A stretch of DNA of 64,000 bases from an uncultured Candidatus Saccharibacteria bacterium (GTDB lineage Bacteria; Patescibacteriota; Minisyncoccia; Phycocordibacterales; SBAW01), in the NCBI GenBank assembly GCA_964615415.1, contig CAZTNI010000003.1, forward strand, positions 143,235 through 207,234. The letters run 5' to 3'. Each line of letters begins with the position of its first letter. The stretch's first letter is position 1. Position numbers and translations under genes: made by a program. This document shows, one piece after another, positions 37,331-46,798 of the stretch. A model generated the notes under the pieces. That model searched no databases and had not been told where the DNA came from. It saw nothing but the letters and a program-made list of their open reading frames with translations.

Positions 37331-38668
37331 ATGGAGAGAATTTTAATTGGCGACTTATCAGGACATGTGGGCGAAACGGTATCTATCTCTGGATGGGTGG
37401 ATGTTGCGCGTAACCAGGGGAAGATGGCGTTCTTCGACTTCCGCGACCGCTCCGGCAAGGTGCAGGGTGTTGTCTTTGGTAAACCTGAAGTGCTTGAAGT
37501 TGCGCAAACTCTTAAGCAAGAATGGGTGGTGCGTATTGAGGGTAAGGTAAACGAGCGTCCAGAAAAAATGCGTCGCGACGTGCAAAACGGTTCTATCGAA
37601 CTGGAGATTACGGCTATAGAAATACTTTCGGAAGCGGAGGCAATGCCGTTTGCAACCGATGCAGAGCTTAACTTGGACACCATGCTCGACACACGTCCGC
37701 TGACGCTGCGCCGCGACAAAGAACGTGCGATTTTTAAAGTACAGTCAGAAATTGTTGGCGCATTTCGCGAGTATCTTCGTTCGCAGCAGTTTGTAGAATT
37801 TCAGGCGCCAAAGCTGGTGGGCGACGATGCCGAGGGTGGAGCAGGGGTATTTAAGGTTGAATACTTTAATGATAAAACCGCTTACCTTGCGACCTCGCCA
37901 CAGCTCTACAAGCAAATGTTGGTAGGAGTGTTTGAGCGTGTGTTTACGACCGGTACGCAATTCCGTGCGGAAAAGCACTCGACCACGCGCCATATTAACG
38001 AGATAGCCATGCTCGACTTCGAGATGGGCTTTATTAAAGACCATACAGACGTTATGCGTATGATCGCGGACACGCTTCGCTTTATTGTAGAGCGCGTAGG
38101 GGAAATCTGTGCAGCAGAATTGAAACTCTTTAACATCGAACTTCCAAAAGCGCCAGCAGAATTTCCGTCAATGAAGCTTCGCGAGGCGCAAGCTCTTATT
38201 AAAGAAAAAACGGGGAAGGATAAAACAAACGAGCCAGACTTAGAGCCCGAAGATGAACGTTGGCTTTCCGACTATGCGAAGGAAAACTTAGGGAGCGACT
38301 TTGTGTTCGTCACGCACTACCCAGTGTCGAAGCGCCCGTTTTATACGATGGAAGACGAGAACGACAAAGGCTTTACCAAGAGCTTTGACCTCCTCTTCCG
38401 TGGTGTAGAACTTATCTCCGGCAGTCAGCGTGTCCACAACTACGAGATGTTGGTAGAGAAAATTAAGTCGAAGGGCTTAAACCCAGAGAAATTCGGCTTC
38501 TACTTAATGGCTTTCAAGTATGGTTTGCCGCCGCACGGTGGTATCGGCATGGGCCTCGAGCGTCTTACGCAAAAGTTCCTCGGTCTCGATAACATTAAGG
38601 AAGCAACACTCTTCCCACGCGATATAAACCGCATCGACACGCTCCTCTCGACCGACGAGAAGAAATAA
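37331..38668 (+). CDS. aspS: Aspartate--tRNA(Asp/Asn) ligase, non-discriminating archaeal-type
   Basis: OB-fold N-terminus, SPQLYKQ, FRAEKH, PPHGGIGMGLER; no GAD insert. Confidence 0.9.
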   Translation: MERILIGDLSGHVGETVSISGWVDVARNQGKMAFFDFRDRSGKVQGVVFGKPEVLEVAQTLKQEWVVRIEGKVNERPEKMRRDVQNGSIELEITAIEILSEAEAMPFATDAELNLDTMLDTRPLTLRRDKERAIFKVQSEIVGAFREYLRSQQFVEFQAPKLVGDDAEGGAGVFKVEYFNDKTAYLATSPQLYKQMLVGVFERVFTTGTQFRAEKHSTTRHINEIAMLDFEMGFIKDHTDVMRMIADTLRFIVERVGEICAAELKLFNIELPKAPAEFPSMKLREAQALIKEKTGKDKTNEPDLEPEDERWLSDYAKENLGSDFVFVTHYPVSKRPFYTMEDENDKGFTKSFDLLFRGVELISGSQRVHNYEMLVEKIKSKGLNPEKFGFYLMAFKYGLPPHGGIGMGLERLTQKFLGLDNIKEATLFPRDINRIDTLLSTDEKK

Positions 38669-38688
38669 TTAGTACATAATAGTTATTT

Positions 38689-39243
38689 ATGAAAACATAC
38701 ATTCTTGGACTTATTGGTGTAGTAGTGGTTGCGGGTGGTGGATACTTTGTGTGGCAAAATACGCAGACTCCCGCAGCAGCTCCACAAGAACAAACAGGCG
38801 ACACCACTCAAACCGAGACAGGAAATACCAACCAGCAAACAACATCTGAAGAGAGTTTTTCTGGCGAAGGTAGTTTTGCATCACTCATGGCGCGTGGCGG
38901 TAGCTACCAGTGCACCACTTCTATTGTTGTGCAAAATTCCGCATCAGAAGGTACGGTATTTATTTCGGGCGATAAAATTCGCGGTGACTTTACCTCACGG
39001 GCAGCAGGCATGACCATTACAAGCCACATGATCACGACCGGCGGATACGTATACTCGTGGTCAGATATGGTGCCGCAGGGTGTGAAGTCGAAGGTGACCG
39101 CAAGTTCGCAAGGAGGTACTGCTATGCAGGGTTCGTTTGATGTAAATATGAATATGCAGTACGACTGCGAGGCATGGAATCCTGACCAAAGTAAGTTTGT
39201 TGTTCCTTCTACGGTTACCTTTATGGAGGTGAATGGACAATAG
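38689..39243 (+). CDS. Membrane-anchored hypothetical protein
   Basis: N-terminal TM, low-complexity linker, beta-rich domain with two Cys. Confidence 0.75.
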   Translation: MKTYILGLIGVVVVAGGGYFVWQNTQTPAAAPQEQTGDTTQTETGNTNQQTTSEESFSGEGSFASLMARGGSYQCTTSIVVQNSASEGTVFISGDKIRGDFTSRAAGMTITSHMITTGGYVYSWSDMVPQGVKSKVTASSQGGTAMQGSFDVNMNMQYDCEAWNPDQSKFVVPSTVTFMEVNGQ

Positions 39244-39433
39244 TAATCAGTAATCGACAAGAAAATACAGGTGTGGTACATATAAAGATATGACGTTTGG
39301 GAATACACAGTTTGTGCTCGTCGTCCTTAGCAGCCCGAGAGGTGGGTTGTTTGTTGGATGATTCCCAAAATTATCTAACGAAGAGCCCGCCTCAAGCGGG
39401 CTCTTTTCGTCTCAAACACCTAAAGGAGGAATA

Positions 39434-39721
39434 ATGAGCGGAAATGGTCGGTACTTTGGTCCGTATAACGGTGCGCGCTGGGCTATTAGCGTCCCCGTTG
39501 GCAACCGGTGGGTTAGTCTTGTCGAGGGGTGCTGTCTTGACGACCCGAGCGACAAGGAAGCCATTCTGCATGCGCTCTACATCGACCCGAGTGACATCGA
39601 GCAGGTGGAGCAGCTCTTTATAAACGGCGATGGTCGGCCCCGGCCGACGCTCGAACTCCTGGAGCATTTTGCACCCGCAGAATTTAAAAAGCGGGTCGTG
39701 CGAGGGGAGAGCGGCGTGTGA
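39434..39721 (+). CDS. Hypothetical protein
   Basis: AAGGAGG SD; downstream hairpin AAACCCAGACCG...CGGTCTGGGTTT. Confidence 0.6.
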   Translation: MSGNGRYFGPYNGARWAISVPVGNRWVSLVEGCCLDDPSDKEAILHALYIDPSDIEQVEQLFINGDGRPRPTLELLEHFAPAEFKKRVVRGESGV

Positions 39722-39792
39722 GTAGAGTACGTAAACCCAGACCGAAAAACGGTCTGGGTTTTTTCTTTGTTTTGTGGTATGGTGCGGCCACT

Positions 39793-41187
39793 ATGACGAC
39801 CACTTTTACTCAAGCTCTGCCAGACGGTTTTACCCAGGTTCGCCTTATTTCAGGCCCTGTTACACGGTTTATAGAAAAGAACGGAGTTACTGAACTCCAC
39901 CTTGGCTACGGTTCTAAAAAGCCGCTTACGCAGCGCAAAGCGACCATCTTCCTGCGCAAAATTATCGTTGTTTCGAAGCAATACAAACTGAAGAGTATCG
40001 CGCTCGATTGGAAAGAGCTTCGCGCGCTCGTTGAGAAAAGTGTGAGCGATAAAAAGTTGGGCGAAGTGGCTGCAGTTGCATTTGCGATGGCGAACTTCGA
40101 CTTTAATATTTATAAAACCGAGCCAGAGGGCGGGTTTGATAGTGTGGACGAAGTTGCACTCCTTAACGCACCTAAGACGGCACAAGAGGGTGTCGCTCGC
40201 GGCGAAGTAATCGGGATTGAAGTTAACTCAACCCGCGCACTTTCTAACACTCCAGGTGGCGACATGACGCCGCGCCTGCTTGCAGAGTCTGCAAACACAC
40301 TCGCCAAAGGAACCAAGGTGCAGGTAAAGGTACTGAACCAAACCGACATGCAGAAACTCGGCATGGGCGGCGTTGTCGGTATTGGTAAAGGGTCTAAGGA
40401 AGAGCCACAATTTATTATTGCTGAGTATTGGGGTGCAGCGAAGTCTGTAAAACCGGTCGTACTTGTCGGTAAAGGTGTGACGTTTGATACCGGCGGGCTC
40501 AATATTAAAACTGGCGACGGCATGTACGAAATGCATATGGACATGTCGGGTGGCTCGGCTGTTATTCACGCAGTTATTCTTGCTGCGAAGTTGGGTCTTA
40601 AAGTAAACGTTATCGCACTTGTCCCTGCGGTAGAGAACCATCCCGGTGGTGAGTCAGTGCGCCCAGGTGACATTTTGAAGTCACTCTCTGGCCGTACGAT
40701 CGAAATTTTGAATACCGACGCAGAAGGTCGCGTGATCCTTGCGGATGCTATTACGTACTCGAAGCGCTACAATCCGAAAATTGTTGTCGATGTTGCAACG
40801 CTTACCGGCGCGTCGCTTACGGCGCTCGGGACTCAGGCGAGCGCATTCATGACCAATAAAGACGCGCTTATCCCGAAAATCCAAGCACTCGGTGAAGAAA
40901 GCGGCGATTATATGTGGCCGTTTCCGGCATGGGAAGAGTACGAGGACATGGTGAAGGGAAACTTTGGCGATGTGCCGAATATTTCTACTGCGGGCAACTC
41001 GCGCTACGGTGGTGTTATTGCGGGTGGCATGTTCCTCCGCGAATTTGCAAAAGACCTCGAGTGTCCGTGGGTGCATGTTGATATGGCGCCGCGCATGACC
41101 GCAACGAGTGGCGAATTCTTAAGCAGGGGAGCAGCTGGTGCGCCAGTACGCTTTCTTCTTGGTATTATTGAGGAGTACGGTCGCTAG
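39793..41187 (+). CDS. pepA: M17 leucyl aminopeptidase
   Basis: VGKGVTFDTGG, DMSG, NTDAEGR. Confidence 0.95.
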   Translation: MTTTFTQALPDGFTQVRLISGPVTRFIEKNGVTELHLGYGSKKPLTQRKATIFLRKIIVVSKQYKLKSIALDWKELRALVEKSVSDKKLGEVAAVAFAMANFDFNIYKTEPEGGFDSVDEVALLNAPKTAQEGVARGEVIGIEVNSTRALSNTPGGDMTPRLLAESANTLAKGTKVQVKVLNQTDMQKLGMGGVVGIGKGSKEEPQFIIAEYWGAAKSVKPVVLVGKGVTFDTGGLNIKTGDGMYEMHMDMSGGSAVIHAVILAAKLGLKVNVIALVPAVENHPGGESVRPGDILKSLSGRTIEILNTDAEGRVILADAITYSKRYNPKIVVDVATLTGASLTALGTQASAFMTNKDALIPKIQALGEESGDYMWPFPAWEEYEDMVKGNFGDVPNISTAGNSRYGGVIAGGMFLREFAKDLECPWVHVDMAPRMTATSGEFLSRGAAGAPVRFLLGIIEEYGR

Positions 41188-41297
41188 GCTTTGTAAAACA
41201 AGTTGAGCGGAGTGTCTCGCAGGCCGACGGGCCGAGAGTCAGCGCTGGCGCTGCTGCGCCAGACAGCGACTCCGTGAGACTTCGTTTTACAAAGCCT
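41186..41297. mobile_element. MITE/REP-like element with 14-bp terminal inverted repeats
   Basis: AGGCTTTGTAAAAC (41186-41199) / GTTTTACAAAGCCT (41284-41297); internal GC-rich nested stems; no ORF. Confidence 0.55.
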
Positions 41298-41315
41298 CGA
41301 GCGAGCTATACACCC

Positions 41316-42038
41316 ATGCCCATCACTGTTAAAACACCAGTATACGAAGGCCCACTCGACCTTCTTTTGGAGTTGATAGAAAAGCGCAAGCTGCTTATCA
41401 ACGATATTTCGCTTGCGGCAGTTACGGATGAGTATATTGCGAAAATAAATTCGATGGATGAGGTCCCGATGGGGGAGACAGCCGAGTTTATTGCGCTTGC
41501 AGCAACACTCTTGCTTATTAAGTCGCGCTCGCTCCTCCCGACACTCGAGCTTTCCGACGAAGAGACGCAAGACATTAAAGAACTCGAGTACCGCTTGGCT
41601 GTCTACCAGATTATTAAAGAGTCTGCGCGCGAACTTGTGAAGAATTTTCGCCTCCCGATGCTGCACGAGAGTGATGGTGTAGAGCCGGACCCTCTCTTCC
41701 ATCCAGATGAAACAATTACGATTGCAAATATTGCTGCTGCAGCACACAACCTGATCGCTGGTTTTCCGCAACCCACGGTGCTTCCTAAAGTTGCGGTAAA
41801 AAAAGTTATTTCGCTTGAAGAAATGATCGAATCTCTCGCGAAGCGCGTTACGACCGCGATGAGGCTTTCATTTAAAGAGTTTTCGGGGATGGGGAAGGCG
41901 CACAAACCCGACGTGATTGTGAGCTTTTTAGCCTTACTAGAGCTGGTAAAACAGGGTATAATTAAAGCTACCCAAGAAAACAAGCACGGCGACATTACGC
42001 TGGAAAGCGACGCCGTGTCGACCCCTTCGTATGAATGA
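41316..42038 (+). CDS. scpA: Segregation and condensation protein A
   Basis: YEGPLDLLL, IKSRSLLP, FLALLEL. Confidence 0.95.
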   Translation: MPITVKTPVYEGPLDLLLELIEKRKLLINDISLAAVTDEYIAKINSMDEVPMGETAEFIALAATLLLIKSRSLLPTLELSDEETQDIKELEYRLAVYQIIKESARELVKNFRLPMLHESDGVEPDPLFHPDETITIANIAAAAHNLIAGFPQPTVLPKVAVKKVISLEEMIESLAKRVTTAMRLSFKEFSGMGKAHKPDVIVSFLALLELVKQGIIKATQENKHGDITLESDAVSTPSYE

Positions 42039-42579
42039 CCAGGAATTGATGCAAAGTATAGAGGCGCTGCTTTTTGCTTTTAGTCGCCCATTTTCGCGCG
42101 ACGAACTCGCGTCTATGCTCGATGTTGAAGCAGAAAAGCTAGAAGCTGCGCTTGCGGCTCTCAAAACGAATTTTAATAATCGCGGCATAACACTCGTTGA
42201 TGATGGAAAAGTAGTGGAACTGCGTACGACACCAGTTGCCGCGGCAACTATCGAGCGTGTTCGCCGGGAAGAATTTTCTCGCGACATCGGTCGTGCGGGG
42301 TTAGAAGCTCTTGCGGCCATTCTGTACCGTGGTCCGCTCTCGCGCTCGGAAATTGACTTCATTCGCGGTGTTAATTCATCGCAAACACTCCGCACGCTCC
42401 TTATGCGCGGTCTTATTCGCAAGGTACCGAACCCTAAGGACGAGCGGTCATTCCTCTACGAGCCTACAACAGAGTTGTATGCAGAATTAAGCATTACCGC
42501 GCGCGCCGATTTGCCTGAGTTTGCAACAGTACAGCAAAAACTTGCTGACCTGGAGGCGTCATATAAAGCACAATCATGA
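42031..42579 (+). CDS. scpB: Segregation and condensation protein B
   Basis: IEALLF, EIDFIRGVNS. Confidence 0.95.
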   Translation: MNDQELMQSIEALLFAFSRPFSRDELASMLDVEAEKLEAALAALKTNFNNRGITLVDDGKVVELRTTPVAAATIERVRREEFSRDIGRAGLEALAAILYRGPLSRSEIDFIRGVNSSQTLRTLLMRGLIRKVPNPKDERSFLYEPTTELYAELSITARADLPEFATVQQKLADLEASYKAQS

Positions 42580-43490
42580 GATTCCCACGTCACCACACTG
42601 TTCTCGATAGTCTTGCGGCAACCTTTGCTGGCGGCACCGTATTTTTTGGCATGCTGCTTTTCGCAGCGCATCCGCAGGTTGGACTCGTTGCTCCGACGAC
42701 CCCACAATTTCCTACAGCTATTACGGTGGCACCCGAGATGTTGACCGCACAAAGTGCGGTGGTCTACGACCCAGGGACGAATCGCATTCTCTACGCAAAG
42801 GAGGCGAACGTGCAGCGACCGCTCGCGTCACTGACGAAACTGATGGCTGCCGCTGCAGTACTTTCCGCACAAAAAGAAAATAGGGCAGTTACTATTACGC
42901 GCGAGGACATTGCACCGGAAGGTGATTGGGACCTGCGCGTTGGCGAGAGTTGGCCGCTCTATGACCTGGTGAAACTCGGTCTTGTTGCTTCGTCGAACGA
43001 TGCTATGGCAGCAGCTGCGGCATCAGTGGGAGGGTCGCTGATCGATACGATGAATCAGGCGGCAAAAAACCTTGGTCTTTCGCACACGTATTTCCTTAAC
43101 CCAACAGGTCTTGATGAAGACTTAGAAACAGCAGGTGCGTACGGCTCAGCTCACGACATGGCACTTCTTACCGCAACATTCTTGCAAGAATTTCCCGACT
43201 TTTTTGAAGCGACTGCACAAGAAGGGGGCATAACCATTCAAAACGGCGATCATCTTATTTATGCAAACGCGACGACGGAGCCGCTCCACGCTCTGCCGGG
43301 ACTCATTGGTGCAAAAACAGGGTACACTGATCTGGCGGGTGGCAACTTGGTTGCCGCAGTCGACATTGAGGTCGGACGCCCGCTTATTATTGCCGTGCTC
43401 GGGTCTACCCGTGAAGGCCGTTTTACTGATGTAGAGACATTAGTACAGGCGCTACGCGGCACTCTTGTAGCTTCCTCAACAACACCATGA
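42576..43490 (+). CDS. D-alanyl-D-alanine carboxypeptidase (S11)
   Basis: ASLTK (SxxK), SSN (SxN), KTG. Confidence 0.9.
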   Translation: MRFPRHHTVLDSLAATFAGGTVFFGMLLFAAHPQVGLVAPTTPQFPTAITVAPEMLTAQSAVVYDPGTNRILYAKEANVQRPLASLTKLMAAAAVLSAQKENRAVTITREDIAPEGDWDLRVGESWPLYDLVKLGLVASSNDAMAAAAASVGGSLIDTMNQAAKNLGLSHTYFLNPTGLDEDLETAGAYGSAHDMALLTATFLQEFPDFFEATAQEGGITIQNGDHLIYANATTEPLHALPGLIGAKTGYTDLAGGNLVAAVDIEVGRPLIIAVLGSTREGRFTDVETLVQALRGTLVASSTTP

Positions 43491-44536
43491 CCATAGACGC
43501 ACTTCGTATTTTTATACCGGCAGTCATTACCTTTTTAATCGGCATCGCTATGACGCCGTTTGTTACGCACATACTCTATAAACATCGCCTCTGGAAGAAG
43601 AAGGCCGGCAAGGTGGCGCTCGACGGTACCACGGCAGTTGTTTTTAATCAGTTGCACGAGACGCGCGAGGTGGGCACGCCGCGTTTAGGTGGCGTCATTA
43701 TCTGGGGCAGTGTGCTCCTTGCTGCAGGGTTGTTGCAGCTCTTGGCGTTTGTCCTCCCAGAGACATTTGAAGGATTAGGGTTTATTAGTCGGAACCAGAC
43801 GTGGGTGCCGCTTGCGGCACTTGCGGTGGGCGCGCTGGTTGGCCTCGTAGATGATCTTTTTGAAGTGTGGGGGAAGGGAGGTTTGCGCTTGCGTGTCCGT
43901 CTTACTGCGGTTGCGATCATAGCAACACTCTGTGCATATTGGTTTTATACACGTCTTGATGTGTCCTCCATCACGTTTCCATTGCTCGACACGGTTAATC
44001 TCGGCCTCTACTTTATCCCATTCTTTTTGCTCGTTGCGCTTTTCCTCTACGCGGGAGGAGTTATTGACGGTATCGATGGTTTAGCCGGTGGCATATTCGC
44101 AATTATTTTCGGAGCCTACGGCGCGCTCGCATTCTTTCAAAATCAGATGGACATTGCGGGTCTTTGTGCCGCAATAACGGGTGGTCTGCTTGCATTTTTG
44201 TGGTTTAACATTCCGCCTGCACGTTTTTACATGTCCGAAACAGGAAGCATGGCGCTCACTATTGTTCTTACTGTTGTTGCATTTCTTACCGACGTGCGCG
44301 GTGGCGGACAAGGGTTGCTGGTGCTTCCGCTCATTGCGCTCCCGCTTGTGCTTACCGTGTGTTCGGTTATGGTGCAGCTCTTTGGTAAAAAAGTACTAAA
44401 GCGAAAGATTTTCCGTGTAGCCCCCTTGCATCATCACTTCGAAGCGCTAGGGTGGCCTCCGTATAAAGTAACCATGCGCTACTGGATCGTAGGAGTGGTA
44501 GCGGCAATAGCTGGTCTCGCGATCGCTCTTTTGTGA
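43487..44536 (+). CDS. mraY: Phospho-N-acetylmuramoyl-pentapeptide transferase
   Basis: GTPRLGG, GLVDD, DGIDGL, APLHHHFE. Confidence 0.95.
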   Translation: MTIDALRIFIPAVITFLIGIAMTPFVTHILYKHRLWKKKAGKVALDGTTAVVFNQLHETREVGTPRLGGVIIWGSVLLAAGLLQLLAFVLPETFEGLGFISRNQTWVPLAALAVGALVGLVDDLFEVWGKGGLRLRVRLTAVAIIATLCAYWFYTRLDVSSITFPLLDTVNLGLYFIPFFLLVALFLYAGGVIDGIDGLAGGIFAIIFGAYGALAFFQNQMDIAGLCAAITGGLLAFLWFNIPPARFYMSETGSMALTIVLTVVAFLTDVRGGGQGLLVLPLIALPLVLTVCSVMVQLFGKKVLKRKIFRVAPLHHHFEALGWPPYKVTMRYWIVGVVAAIAGLAIALL

Positions 44537-45630
44537 AAAAAACGTTTGATACACCATTTTTGCTCGTACTCTCAAGTCTCGTGGTGGCGGGGCTCCTTAT
44601 TTTTACCTCTGCGGCCCTTGGTCTCTTGGCGCGCGATGGCGCCAGCTTTTCTTCCGTAACAGTAAGTCAGCTCTTGCTCGGGTTAGTGTGTGGTGGCGTA
44701 GCATTTTTCGTGCTCTCTCGGATGGATTATCGCAAGTGGCGACCGTACACGCCGTACTTCTTTGGTGTCGCCATGTTCCTTACACTCCTCACATTTGTTC
44801 CCTTTATTGGGCTTGAACTGAAAGGAGCTGCGCGTTGGATCAATCTCGGCCCGTTTACGTTCCAACCTGCAGAGTTGCTTAAGTTTGCAGCCGTACTATT
44901 CCTAGGTGCTCTCTATGCAGCCAACTTCAAGAAAATTAACACTCTGAAAGGAGGACTACTGCCGCTTGCGGTAGTGCCGGGAATTGCAGCGCTCGTACTG
45001 CTTTTGCAGCCGGACACCGACGCAGTGGTGATACTGATGCTTGCGTCAGTTGGAATGCTGTTTGTGGCGGGAGGCCGGTTGCTGCACCTCGGGCTACTGC
45101 TGCTTATGGGTGTGTTGGTGATAGGGGTGGTCGCATGGCAGCGCCCGTATGTGATGGAACGCATCCAAACGTTTATACACCAGGAAGCAGACCCGCACGG
45201 TGCAGGATGGCAAATACAACAGTCGCTTATTTCTGTGGGCTCGGGCGGACTGACCGGCAGGGGGTTTGGTCAAAGTATTCAAAAATTTTCGTACTTGCCG
45301 GAACCAATTGGCGACTCGGTGTTTGCTGTAGCGGCCGAGGAGTTCGGTTTTATGGGGAGTGTGGGGCTCGTTATGCTCTATGTCGCGTTTGCGCTGCTTG
45401 GTCTACGGATTGCCTCGCGCGCAGCAGACCCCTTTGGTGGACTCATTGTTGTTGGGCTTGTTATACTTATTATCGGTCAATCGTTTTTCAATATGGCCTC
45501 GACCTTGGGGCTTATTCCACTCTCGGGCTTGCCGCTTATTTTCGTATCGCATGGTGGTTCGGCGCTCGCGATCGCACTTGCTGAGGCGGGTGTTATCGTA
45601 AGTGTATCTCGCCGCATGCGGCAGAAATAA
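44533..45630 (+). CDS. ftsW: SEDS family peptidoglycan polymerase FtsW
   Basis: GAARW, FQPAE, QPD, LPE, GLPLIFVSHGGS; lies between mraY and murG. Confidence 0.9.
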   Translation: MKKTFDTPFLLVLSSLVVAGLLIFTSAALGLLARDGASFSSVTVSQLLLGLVCGGVAFFVLSRMDYRKWRPYTPYFFGVAMFLTLLTFVPFIGLELKGAARWINLGPFTFQPAELLKFAAVLFLGALYAANFKKINTLKGGLLPLAVVPGIAALVLLLQPDTDAVVILMLASVGMLFVAGGRLLHLGLLLLMGVLVIGVVAWQRPYVMERIQTFIHQEADPHGAGWQIQQSLISVGSGGLTGRGFGQSIQKFSYLPEPIGDSVFAVAAEEFGFMGSVGLVMLYVAFALLGLRIASRAADPFGGLIVVGLVILIIGQSFFNMASTLGLIPLSGLPLIFVSHGGSALAIALAEAGVIVSVSRRMRQK

Positions 45631-45648
45631 GACAATTTTCACTCGATT

Positions 45649-46776
45649 ATGAAAATACTTTTTACAGGAGGAGTTACCGGCGGACATTTCTACCCAATTA
45701 TTGCTGTTGCAGAAGCGGTGCATGACGTGGTGCGCGAAAAGAAGTTACTTGATCCGACGCTCTATTTTGCGGCTCCCGACCCGTACGACCGCGAGCTCTT
45801 GCTTGCAAACTCAATTACGTTTGTTCCCACTGCAGCAGGGAAGACGCGCCGCTACTTCTCCATCCTTAACTTTTTTGATGTATTTAAAACTGCGTGGGGG
45901 GTGTTCCGCGCAGTTATACGTATTTTCTTTCTCTATCCGGACGTGGTGTTTGGTAAAGGAGGCTACGCGAGCTTTCCGACCTTGCTTGCTGCGCGCCTGT
46001 TCCGGATCCCGGTTGTTATACACGAGTCCGATGCAGTGCCAGGGCGCGTAAACGCTTGGGCAGGGAAGTTTGCGGTAAAAATCGCAGTGTCATTCCCTGA
46101 GGCGGCTGCCTATTTTCCAAAAGAGAAGGTTGCATTTACGGGGAATCCGGTACGCCGTGCAGCACTCTTGCCCTCGCGCGAAGGAGCGCATGAATACCTG
46201 CAGTTAAAACACGAGCTCCCTGTGCTTTTGGTGCTTGGTGGTTCGCAAGGCGCGCAAGCAATTAACGATGCGATCCTCTCCGCACTTCCTGCGCTAGTAG
46301 AGAAGTACCAGATAGTGCATCAAACAGGTGCAAGTAATTTTGCTGATGTATCTGGCAGGGCGAAACTGATCCTCCAAGATTCTCCCTACGCCGAGCGCTA
46401 TAAACCATTTGGCTACCTGAATGACCTTGCGATGCGCATGAGTGCAGGCGCAACGGCGCTGGTTATTTCGCGCGCTGGGTCAACTATTTTCGAAGTTGCT
46501 GCGTGGGGTGTACCGTCTATCATGATTCCACTTCCTGGAAGTGCAGGTGATCATCAGACACAAAATGCATATTCGTATGCTCGTGCAGGTGCGGCAGTAG
46601 TTGTAGACCAAAATAACCTAACTCCGGGCCTCCTGGTAGCAGAAGTGAACCGTATTTTGAGCGATGAAACGCTCGTTCGTAAGATGGGGGAGGCGGCGCG
46701 CAGCTTCTCTCGCCCTGACGCAGCAAAGGTAATAGCCACAGCACTCCTCGACATAGCCCTCTCGCACGAATCCTAA
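45649..46776 (+). CDS. murG: MurG glycosyltransferase
   Basis: TGGVTGGHFYP, KGGY, GNPVR, GGSQGA. Confidence 0.96.
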   Translation: MKILFTGGVTGGHFYPIIAVAEAVHDVVREKKLLDPTLYFAAPDPYDRELLLANSITFVPTAAGKTRRYFSILNFFDVFKTAWGVFRAVIRIFFLYPDVVFGKGGYASFPTLLAARLFRIPVVIHESDAVPGRVNAWAGKFAVKIAVSFPEAAAYFPKEKVAFTGNPVRRAALLPSREGAHEYLQLKHELPVLLVLGGSQGAQAINDAILSALPALVEKYQIVHQTGASNFADVSGRAKLILQDSPYAERYKPFGYLNDLAMRMSAGATALVISRAGSTIFEVAAWGVPSIMIPLPGSAGDHQTQNAYSYARAGAAVVVDQNNLTPGLLVAEVNRILSDETLVRKMGEAARSFSRPDAAKVIATALLDIALSHES

Positions 46777-46798
46777 TATTTGCTACAGTAGGGCCTAT

